From positions 75,784,240-75,848,239 of the forward strand of contig JARFYF010000052.1 in NCBI GenBank assembly GCA_030265395.1: 64,000 bases of DNA, given 5' to 3'. The notes beneath the pieces are model-generated. The model was not told where the DNA came from. It did not search any database and saw only the letters and a list, made by a program, of their open reading frames with translations. The position numbers and the translations under genes are program-made. Origin of the DNA: Rhina ancylostomus. Lineage: Eukaryota. Positions 50,706-61,300 of the stretch are shown in pieces (position 1 is the stretch's first letter; each line of letters starts with the position of its first letter).

Positions 50706-51604
50706 AACAGGGAGTGCAGATGCTGGAAATTCAACCATTTGCAGTTTTCTTTCATATGCAGCAGTCAAATTCCTGAATAAATTAAAAGAAACTTAAGGTG
50801 CCTGTTAGTGTCCTTGCTCAACAGAGATACATATAATTTTAAGACCTTCAAAGGCCTACAAAGGGTTGCAATTAGCAGGAATTCACCATGACAATTTATT
50901 AACCTGGGGCCTGATAAGCTTTGTGGGTGGACTAAACTCCCCAGTGCAAGTCTTCTCATCCAGCACAAGAGATGGTGGAAGCTCGACTTCTGCCAGTCAA
51001 AATTTATGTTTTAAATTCCTTCACTTCTTGTGCAGGTTTGCCCTATTTATGCAAATGTTCCTGAGAAACCTGCACAATTCTTACCTTGTAATTTACTTGA
51101 ATTATGCTGCAGCGGAACCTTTTATAAATTGTATTGAAGACATTTGAGGACTAGTTAATGGATATTCTATTGCCATTTTTTCAAATGCTAATGGTTGCTA
51201 TTAAGATTTTAGCACCTCCTCTGCATTAAGTATTATCATAGCAAACAACAGAATGGAGAGAGCCAGCCATGCTGCAGGTGGAGAAACCATGTGGCAGGTT
51301 TTCAAACAGGTTTAAAAACAAAAATTGTTGCCAAGATTTCCTTGCCATGTGGACACAGATATAAGTTAGCTGAGGGAAAAGAAATCTACTGGAAGTAGAG
51401 AGGAGATATTTTCGGTTGCACAGTAAGTTGATGCAGAGTATGCAACTTGAAAAGATGGTGGAAGCAAATTCATTTTTAGCTACGATATGAAAATTGGATA
51501 TCAATTTAAAAAGGCTAAAACCTTCACCACCGCCACTAGTTGGGAAGACTGATAAAATCATTCAGGTTGTTCACCAATTTTGAGGCTGGCCCAGTGGTAA
51601 TTAT

Positions 51605-51765
51605 AAACAACACACAAAGGAGCTGGAGGAACTCCGTGGGTCAGGCAGCAGCTATGGAGGGAAAGGGACAGCTGACATTTCGGGTCAAGACCCTTCATCA
51701 GGACTGGAAAGAAAGAGGGGTGTTGGCCAGTATAAAAAGGTTAGGGGGAAGGGGTGGAGCAAGAC
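51605..51765 (-). mobile_element. Penelope-like tail fragment
   Basis: Same tail family. Contains the hammerhead-like motif listed next. Confidence 0.8.
51669..51706 (-). ncRNA. Putative minimal hammerhead ribozyme motif
   Basis: Minus strand cagtc-CTGATGA-a-gggtcttgaccc-GAAAT-GTC-agctg. Both core boxes and the GUC triplet are present; stem I is weakened. Confidence 0.5.
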
Positions 51766-53431
51766 CTCACAAAGGAGCTGGTTATACCCTGCTCAAATGA
51801 GTGGCAGCAGAGATATCCACCCAACATTGTGCTCCTGAAACCCATTCTGGAGAAAAGGACCATTGTAAATACAGAACCAAAGAAGCACTCTGCAGTTTAT
51901 TTTGTAAAACATAGCCAGAGCACAAGAGTGCAGATTTCCAAGGTGCCAGTGATGACCACCAATAAACCTGGCTCATTAATGTGTCATCAGGGTCCAGGAT
52001 TCCACAAACCAATGTCAAAAAGGATAGGCAGTTCACTTTTAATGATTAATTTCCAGGGGTTTACCCACATAGGTCAAAAGATCCAAAATCTTTGTCTCCA
52101 TCAACCTGAACTTAAACTCTCTAGCCCTGGATAACTAGGGTTGTATTAGAAGCAGGTGATTGTCCATATTCTATGTTAAGAAATCTGTACAGATTCTTAA
52201 GTATCTGCCAAAAGAGCTTCGATCTGACACATCAACCCGTATTCTCTTTCCACAGTTGCTGCCTGACCTGCTGAGTATTTCCAGCACTTTCTGTTCTTAT
52301 TTTAGATTCCTAAGTTTAGTTTGCATACTATTAAATGGAGTGTTGGATTTCTCTGCTTGGCAGATACACAGATTGATCAAAAATGGATCTCTTTATATAG
52401 TTGGGATTATTTTCTGATCAATTTTCATACAAAAACAACCAGGGATATAACATGAGGCATTTTACAAAAATGGTGAGCCTGCCTGTTGTGTTGGTACATT
52501 CCAGGAATTCTTCTCTGCATCTCACTGGAATTTTACCATGCAGCCACCTAGAGGCAGCCGAGGATCTTCTTGAGATTTTAGGCTCCAGAATACACTCCAA
52601 ATATTAGAGTAAGAAATACAAACTTACACTTAAACTCAATCAATGAATGGTTCTAACATTTTATTCTAATATTAACCAAGGGAAAGTATTAACCTGATTT
52701 AAAGCTCTCTCACAAGTGGAAATGTGCAAGACTTAATGACAAACCATTAAACTCTTCATGCAATAATTTCATTGCAAATTTATTGTGATATAACAGAAGG
52801 AATTTGATATTAAATGAAAATCTGCACTTTGTGAAATATACATTTGATTTAAAGTAAAATCTTTATAGGAAATCTTAAATTATGTTTTAAATGATGGCAA
52901 ATAGAAGTGATAATTTTGATCTGAGTTATAATTTTTGCTTTAAATAAACCTCTAACCTATGTTGCTATTTTTTTACTGTTGTCTAATAGGAGACAGATCA
53001 CTCACGATCAGAATTAAAAACCTAAAAATACAGTTTCAGTCATGTGCAGGAGAGATATTGCTGCTTTCAGTCTCTGTTTCAATCATGTTCATCCCTTGAA
53101 TCGTTCAGTGGAACTGATATAAAGAAAAAGGAGCATAATTCTGTCATTAACATGTAAATAGATTTGGGATATGGAATTTTGGTTACTGAGTTTCAATAAG
53201 CTTCTCAACACTGCAGAAGGTTGGCGTTAAGCCAGATTTGGTATTATGAATTAGTATTTATTGCCTACTGTTCTGAGAGCTTTCTACAGTAAGGAATACA
53301 CTGTATTTTCTAATTGTGCTTTCATACCAAAGTCTTGTTCTGCAGTCTTTTTTCTCTNNNNNNNNNNNNNNNNNNNNNNNNNNNNNNNNNNNNNNNNNNN
53401 NNNNNNNNNNNNNNNNNNNNNNNNNNNNNNN

Positions 53432-53689
53432 GTCACCAATGTAGCGGCTAGCTACACTGAATAAAGACACGAGACACTTGTTTGGAGTCCAAGAGTCGAA
53501 TGAACGACGGGTGCGCTGCCCCTTTAATAAACACCGTTCCCGCGCTGACGTCACGCGCAGGCCACGTGACCTTCCCGCGCGCAGGCTCCACTAGCCCACA
53601 AAGAAGGAGTGCCCCGCGCCATCTTGTGTCGGGGCCTCTGACAACGCTCGCAATCGTGGGAGCCGGTTCGTGAAAGGTAAGTCGCCACA
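53432..53689 (-). mobile_element. CpG-rich LTR (family B, 53440-53689) followed by a putative primer-binding site
   Basis: Minus strand TGTGGCGAC...GCTACA then TTGGTGAC (53439-53432) running into a gap. No TSD around the LTR. Confidence 0.8.
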
Positions 53690-54395
53690 GTGTGCTCATT
53701 CTTGTTCCTTGTGTTGATTGAATGCAAGCACAATTGAAAAGGTGAATGCAGTTAATTTTCTGGTTGGGTTCCTCAGGGAAAATTCTTCTGTGTCTAAGTG
53801 GCATCTCTCCTTAACTGATCTGTTCCCCAGAATGGACCCCTTGATAGTCTGTGTGTTCTTATAAGGGAGGTACTTCTCACAATGAACAATGGCAGTTCTT
53901 CCCTGTACTCCTCGAGTTGTCATGCACCAATCTTTCCCTGAGGTGACTCTTCCTGAAAACATGCAATTGTTACAGCTCCAACCCTTTTCCACTGCAACTG
54001 GCAAATTAATTGCTGGACAGATTTAAACTGCAGCCTTTTCATGTGTTACTGTGTCATTTGTTCCATCTCATGATGACTACATTCTCCACGTAGCACCCAG
54101 TCCTGGCAGAGAACACATGAATGATATTTGAAACAAAACTTACACCAATCGCTCCCATTGAAATTTTGCCACATCATCAAACAGTTGGTCACATTGTAAT
54201 TTTTCTAATTTAATTCAATTTTCATCTTATTTACTTTGAACCTTACAAATTTGATTTCTAATATAATGAATGGAAAGTATTCATCTTTACAACAGTGACC
54301 CATTAATAAGGGATGGCCATCTAAGAATTTTTAGCACTCACGACAGTAGTTTGTCTTTTTTAATAATCCAAGCAGTGAATATTTTAGCTTTGTAC

Positions 54396-54453
54396 TTTAG
54401 CACAGAGCAAGGACTTGATAATCTTTTAGCACAGAGCAAGGACTTGATAATCT
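54396..54453. repeat. Perfect 29-bp tandem duplication
   Basis: tttagcacagagcaaggacttgataatct twice. Confidence 0.9.
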
Positions 54454-54487
54454 TATTCCAAAATTTTTATAACCCATGTATTGCCTG

Positions 54488-55602
54488 ATCAATGCTGCCC
54501 TCCACCTGCAACTCCTCCATTTCTCACACATCTGCCCTCACCACATTCACCCACCCCACCCCTGACATAACAGGGACAGGGTTCCCCTTGTCCTCACCTA
54601 CCCCCCCCCCCCCGCACGAGCCTCTGCGTCCANNNNNNNNNNNNNNNNNNNNNNNNNNNNNNNNNNNNNNNNNNNNNNNNNNNNNNNNNNNNNNNNNNNN
54701 NNNNNNNNNNNNNNNNNNNNNNNNNNNNNNNNNNNNNNNNNNNNNNNNNNNNNNNNNNNNNNNNNNNNNNNNNNNNNNNNNNNNNNNNNNNNNNNNNNNN
54801 NNNNNNNNNNNNNNNNNNNNNNNNNNNNNNNNNNNNNNNNNNNNNNNNNNNNNNNNNNNNNNNNNNNNNNNNNNNNNNNNNNNNNNNNNNNNNNNNNNNN
54901 NNNNNNNNNNNNNNNNNNNNNNNNNNNNNNNNNNNNNNNNNNNNNNNNNNNNNNNNNNNNNNNNNNNNNNNNNNNNNNNNNNNNNNNNNNNNNNNNNNNN
55001 NNNNNNNNNNNNNNNNNNNNNNNNNNNNNNNNNNNNNNNNNNNNNNNNNNNNNNNNNNNNNNNNNNNNNNNNNNNNNNNNNNNNNNNNNNNNNNNNNNNN
55101 NNNNNNNNNNNNNNNNNNNNNNNNNNNNNNNNNNNNNNNNNNNNNNNNNNNNNNNNNNNNNNNNNNNNNNNNNNNNNNNNNNNNNNNNNNNNNNNNNNNN
55201 NNNNNNNNNNNNNNNNNNNNNNNNNNNNNNNNNNNNNNTCTCTTTCCCCGTCCCCCACCCTCATGATCGATCTATTCCCTGCCTCCTTCCCTTTATTCCA
55301 TGGTGCACGTCCCTCTCCTACTGGATTCCTCCCTCTTCAGCCCTTCATCTCTTCTACCTATCACCTCTCAGCTTATTACATCCCCTCCCTCCCCTACCCG
55401 CCTACCTTCCCGTCACCTGGACTCGCCTATCACCTGTTTGTGTGTGTGGTCCTCCCCCTCCCCCAACTTTCTTATTCTGGCTTCTGCCCTCTTCCTTTCC
55501 AGTGCTGATGAAGGGTCTTGGCCCAAAACGTCAACTGTTTATTTCCCTCCGTGGATGCTGCCCGACCTGCTGAGTTCCTCCAGCACTTTTTGTGTGTATT
55601 GC
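54488..55602 (+). mobile_element. Penelope-like element 3' part (endonuclease region in gap)
   Basis: SSISHTSALT...HNRDRVPLVLTY linker before the gap. After the gap, a C/T-rich UTR and cagtg-CTGATGA-agggtcttggccc-AAAAC-GTC-aactg (55500-55537). Confidence 0.8.
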
Positions 55603-56164
55603 CTGAGAGTGTAAGCTTTATGCTTTGTTATACATTTTCAAACACCAAAATTTTGCTTTTTTTTTAAACCACTTTGCTAATTTGATAATACTTTCAGCTG
55701 TCATTACTGAAACATAAGTTCTTATGTATTTTTTTCATGCTAAAGGAATGGAATTTCTCAAATGAATTAGCAATGTGGGTATTTCTCAATATTCAATAAC
55801 GGGATAAATGTTTCCTGTGTACTAGCTAACAGTAAATGTCAAAGCAGCACTGGATAGTTTTCACCACTATTATCCTTTGCTATCACTTGGGACCATGTGA
55901 TGTTTTGTAAATGAGGTGAGTAAAAACGTCAAGTACCTTCCAATATTTTAACGTTTTAAGATTAAAAAAATGAAATCAGGAAGTATTGTATCGCAGAATC
56001 GGAGAAAGAACAATGGTTTGGACTGTGTTGGATGGAGCCACTGGTCGCACTGGCCCCAAAGTATATCACACATGACACCACCTGCATTCAGGAAGATAAG
56101 TTTGCTGGCCAAGACTGTCTTGGACCCAAGCAGTGAGACCCTGAGCGATAGCAGGGTCTCAATA

Positions 56165-56257
56165 CATAGCGTTCATAGAGTCATACAGCACAGAAACAGG
56201 CCCTTCGGCCCTCCACGTCTATGCCGCCTCATCTACATTTATCCCATTTAAACGCAT
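56165..56257 (-). mobile_element. CR1 extreme 3' tail (~90 bp)
   Basis: Minus strand gggccgaagggcctgtttctgtgctgtatgactctatg. Homologous to 33660-33760 and 59355-59402. Confidence 0.8.
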
Positions 56258-56280
56258 CGTTTTCTGCTTCACCCTGTTAT

Positions 56281-57495
56281 GCCCGCACCTTCTTCACATT
56301 GTCCGGACCACTTCCAATCGCATCCCGCTCTCCCTGCGCCACATTGCACTTGGCTGGTTGCCCCTTCGCTCCGTCCATCCCTGCGCCTGGTTCACCCTAC
56401 ACGGTCCGCTAGGCCATCACCCTTTCGGGTCCGCTTGAGCTCCACCCTACCGTCTTCCTTCCAGGTCCGCTTCAGCCCAGGCCTGCCTACTCCCTTCCAG
56501 GTCCGCTTTGAGCTCCTCCCCGCCGCCCGTTCCCTCTGCGCCCCCTGTGGATCGGCCTCGCCCCCGCTCCCGCTCTGCCTCCTCAGCCTGGTTCATGCTT
56601 CCCCCTTGCCTGGTGCACTGGCTCGTCGCCCTGCACCATGTTGCCTGGTCTACTTCCAATCGCACCCCCCAGCCCCCCCCCCCCCCGGCTCTCCCTGCCT
56701 CACTCTGTGCCACACTGCACTTGGTTTGTTGCCCTTTCACTCTGTCCATCCCTGCTTCTGGTTCACCCTACACCGTCCACTAGGCCATCACCCTTTCAGG
56801 GCCTCTTGAGTTCCACCCTACCGTCTTCCTTCCAGGTCCGCTTGAGGCCAGGCCTGCTTTCTCCCTTTTGGGTCCGCTTTGAAGTCCACCCCGCCGCCTC
56901 TGCACTCCTCCCTGCCGCCCGTTCCCTCTGCAACCTGCGTGGTTCGCCCTCGCTCCCGCTCTGCCTCCTCAGCCTGGCCTGTGCTTCCACCCGCCCACCC
57001 GGTGCACTGGCTCGTCGCCCTGCACCTCTTCACGTTGCCTGGTCTACTTCCAATCAACCCCCCTCCCGCTTTCCCTGCGCCACGTTGCAGGTTACCCCTT
57101 CGGTCCGTCCATCCCTGCGCCTGACTCACCCTACACGGTCCGCTAGGCTATCACCCTTTCGGGTCCGCTTGAGCCCAGGCCTGCCGCCCGTTTCCTCTGC
57201 ACCCCATGTGGTTCGCCCTCGCCCTCGCTCTCGCTCTGCCTCCTCAGCCTGGATTCATGTTTCCTCCCCCACCTGGTGCACTGGCTCGTCGCCCTGCACC
57301 ACGTTGCCTGATGTACTTCCAATCGACCCGCCCCTCTCCCTGCGCGCCACATTGCACTTGGCTGGCAGCCCCTTCGCTCTGTCCATCCCTGCGGCTGGTT
57401 CGCCCTACACGGTCCGCTTGAGCTCCAGCCTCCCGTTTTCCTTCCAGGTCCGCTTGAACCCAGGCCTGCCTTCTCCCTTTTCGGTCCGCTTCGTG
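56281..57495. repeat. GC/CpG-rich, pyrimidine-skewed tandem array of ~3.5 variable-length monomers
   Basis: Anchor acttccaatc recurs at 56310, 56652, 57046 and 57315 (periods 342, 394, 269). Internal sub-repeat ggtccgct. Confidence 0.92.
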
Positions 57496-60439
57496 TGACC
57501 CGTAGGATAATCAGAACAAGCCCCACCTACAAAACTCCCCTAAAGATTTTGACTGATGGCGAAGTCCTAGCCACAGATTTGTTGTCATTCAAATCTGCGA
57601 AAGTTTCTGGCTGCTTCCAGATATGCTTGACATTCAGAAGCATTAAAAAAATAAAAATGATTGCATGTTTTAAAAGATAATGAATAGACCACTTAAAACC
57701 TTTTGAAACACTTTTAAATGATTATAACGAATACTGCAAATAACGCAGCGATGTAAATTACTTTAGTCCTATCTTTGTTTCTCACAGCTGTAACGTTTCC
57801 ACAGAAATACATGGTCATGGATGCAGAGTCATGTCTAACCTGATGCAGGATCCAAGGGTTGGTGAATTCCAGCATGCTCTTGCTTCACCATTGGCCTTTA
57901 TGTGGAATTCAGCAGCTCAGCCAATAACTTCCCGACATCCACATTCAATGGGAGTCCTGGAGTTGCTGACAGAACAGCCCGTAAAGGGTGGAAGTGCCCA
58001 ACATTTGTCATGATTCTCTGGGATGAGTTTAAGTATCCAGCTTCTCCCTGTATTTCTTTCAACCTTCCCCTTTATTTCTAACCTGAAATCATTGTCTTCT
58101 ATCATTTCACCTTAGGACCAGAAGCATGTGGACCTTGACTGCAAATGTCTGATTTCTTGGACTAGGGGATGAGAAGAAATTAGAAAATTTTGGTTTTCCA
58201 GCACAAAAGAATAAAAATGTTTCAGGAAAACATGGAAAAATATTCTCAATTAGAACCAGCATTTTATTTAACTTTATGAAGTAGTTAATCGCCCTTGTTA
58301 TTGATTTCATAATGGATTCAGTAAAGATCTAACCCAGTGCACTGCTTGAATACGAAGTCATTATGCACAGTCTATGGTCATTAGACTGAAGTGAGACCAA
58401 CATGAAATTTAAGAAGTCTCCCACTCCCAAGAGACATGTAGTGACAGATCTAGATATTATTTCTGCAATTTAAACTTCAATTTACTGCCTTAAAAATGTA
58501 GGTATTGATGACTTCTCCTATCTTTGTAATTTTTTCTACTTCCATAGTGTACTTTGCCTGAAAGTTGAACTATATGAAGCATATTATGTTTTAAGTTAAA
58601 CTGTGATACCTTAGTGCCAGCTCCATTACCTGGACTAGCTGTTTTCTTGATTGTTATCCCCAAGTCTTAACTTATGTTGAGGTATGTTGAGTCTTGACTT
58701 ATACTGAGGTAAGGTGTCAAGGGCATTAGATAACTATTGGTTCCTGTCACTTTTCATGTGTGACCCTAATCAATGAGGCTATTGGATCAACTGGATATTA
58801 CAGCCAAGATCAAACCCACCTCCCCTATATAAACATGTACATTTTGAAAATGGCATCAGTGACATTGTAATAAGAAGTGGGAAACTTCACTGTTTTTCAA
58901 CCATCTTCACTTTCTTCTATCCACTTGCTTCCATGTTCCTCTGAGGGATGCCATGAAGAAATAAAAAGGCTGCATATTAATTCAAGCTGAAGCAAGATCC
59001 AAATAATGGAGTTGGCATTTAGTTACAACGAGTTCACTTCTAGCATGTTACATTTCACCTACCTCAAGTTTCAGGCAATGTTTCCAAAATTGTGCATCTG
59101 TGGAAATGAATTGATAGTTGGTGAGTATTGAAAATGTGAGTTGGATTTACAACTTGCTGACTTATGTGAGAGTACTACCAAATGAACCAGGACTGACACA
59201 CAATGACCGTCCTGTAGTTGTCCATTGGGGTTGCTGAAATTATTGAAGAGCCTAATGATGCCTCAGTCTGTTTTCTGTAACACTCATCAGCCAGAGCATT
59301 CTGGTCTGCTGCTGGCTGTCATAAACAGATAAGTTTTGTGATCTATCCCCATCTTAGAACATAGAACATGGAACCTTACAGCACAGTACAGGCCCTTCGG
59401 CCNNNNNNNNNNNNNNNNNNNNNNNNNNNNNNNNNNNNNNNNNNNNNNNNNNNNNNNNNNNNNNNNNNNNNNNNNNNNNNNNNNNNNNNNNNNNNNNNNN
59501 NNNNNNNNNNNNNNNNNNNNNNNNNNNNNNNNNNNNNNNNNNNNNNNNNNNNNNNNNNNNNNNNNNNNNNNNNNNNNNNNNNNNNNNNNNNNNNNNNNNN
59601 NNNNNNNNNNNNNNNNNNNNNNNNNNNNNNNNNNNNNNNNNNNNNNNNNNNNNNNNNNNNNNNNNNNNNNNNNNNNNNNNNNNNNNNNNNNNNNNNNNNN
59701 NNNNNNNNNNNNNNNNNNNNNNNNNNNNNNNNNNNNNNNNNNNNNNNNNNNNNNNNNNNNNNNNNNNNNNNNNNNNNNNNNNNNNNNNNNNNNNNNNNNN
59801 NNNNNNNNNNNNNNNNNNNNNNNNNNNNNNNNNNNNNNNNNNNNNNNNNNNNNNNNNNNNNNNNNNNNNNNNNNNNNNNNNNNNNNNNNNNNNNNNNNNN
59901 NNNNNNNNNNNNNNNNNNNNNNNNNNNNNNNNNNNNNNNNNNNNNNNNNNNNNNNNNNNNNNNNNNNNNCAGCTGGGGCTGTGAAAAGCCCCTGCTGTTT
60001 GTCCACACCATCTTGAATAAGGACAACAGACAGGTTACTGAGGTTCTGCCACATGCCTCATTAGGATTCGTGGAGGGTGAGCTGAGCTGTGACCTTGCTC
60101 ATGCTCCAGCTTCATTGGTCGTTTGTGGAGCTTCACTTAATGCTTAGTATTTCAGCCGTTATTTTAATGCTTAGAATAGCAAAGAGCATACACAGTGAGC
60201 CTTTCAGATTGTGACTTAAAAGAGTGTTTCCCCACTTGGTGGATTTTACGCAGGATTTACACAACTTTCCAGGATTTCTGACAGCCATGCTTAGATTTTA
60301 CGATTCTAAGGAAACTCTTGTCCACCCACAATAAGTGTGCAGACATGTGTACATAGGCTGCTGTCTAGGACAGAAACCAATGTACAGTTTACATAACTGG
60401 TTTAAATGAAGCCATGGAAGGTTGCTGATAACCCAGATA

Positions 60440-61300
60440 TACAGTAGGTAGAAAGGTCCATTGTGAACAAGGCATGAGGAGGCTGCTGGGATATAGATAG
60501 GCAATGTGAGTGGAAAATGATCTGCCGAATGGAGAATTAAGTGGGAAATGTGAAGTTATCTGGTTTAGCAGAAAAAAAATTTTAAACTCACACAATATCT
60601 AAATGGTGAGTGATTGCAGAGCTCTAAGGTGCAGAGGGATCTGGGAGTACTAGTGTATGATTCACAAAAGGCAGGGGCATCAAGTAGTTAGGGCAGCAAA
60701 CAAAGTGTTATTTATGTGAGAAGAAGTGCATGCAAAATTAGGAAGGTTATATAGGACCATATCGAGAGCAATATGTTCCGTATTGGAATCCCTATGTATA
60801 GAAGGACGTTAATGCATTGCAGGAAGTTCACAGCTGGTTTACTGGATTAATGTCTGGAACAGGCAGGTTACCTTCTAAGGAATGGCTGGACAAGCTGTGC
60901 ATGTGTGGGCTGAAGTTTAGAAGAGTGAGAGGTGAGTTGATTGAACCATATTAGATCCTGAGTGTCCCTGAGAGGGTGGATGTGGAGCAGATGTTCCTTC
61001 TTGTGGGATGTCTCGAACTAAGGCTCGGGTCACCCACTTAGACCAAGATGAGGCAATTATTTCTTTGAGCTTACCTCCTCAAAGGGCAATGGACAAAGGG
61101 CAGAGCTCTTTGAAGAATTTTGAGGCGGAGATTGGTAAATTCTTGATAAGCAAGGTTGGGGAGGGGTGTGGGTGGAAAGAAAGGTAATAGCATTTAGATG
61201 TAAATGTGGAGTGAGATTACAATTGGATCTGCCATGATCTTATTAAATGGGGGAGCAGACTCAAGTGGCCAGATGGACTACTCCTGCTCCTAATTCGTAC
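60440..61300 (+). mobile_element. CR1 LINE 3' fragment
   Basis: GKCEVIWFSRK, VQRDLGVLVYDSQK and YWNPYV*KDVNALQEVHSWFTGL, with a ctactcctgctcctaattcgta tail. Confidence 0.85.

Noticed and set aside
52540-52560. CTCF-like motif (CCTCTAGGTGGC on minus; weaker ones near 9175 and 30960)
   Set aside because: Single imperfect motif matches are expected by chance in 64 kb.
29954-53689. The two family-B LTRs as ends of one 23.7-kb provirus
   Set aside because: The left copy has its own apparent TSD and no adjacent polypurine tract, the outer flanks do not match, and the interval is ordinary old genomic sequence.
56279-57526. 176-286 aa Pro/Arg/Ser-rich ORFs on both strands
   Set aside because: A by-product of the GC-rich tandem array, which has few stop codons. 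Frames shift between monomers and no domain is recognisable.
57775-58013. Strong acceptor tttgtttctcacag followed by a 75-codon open frame
   Set aside because: No recognisable homology, no convincing donor and no partner exons.
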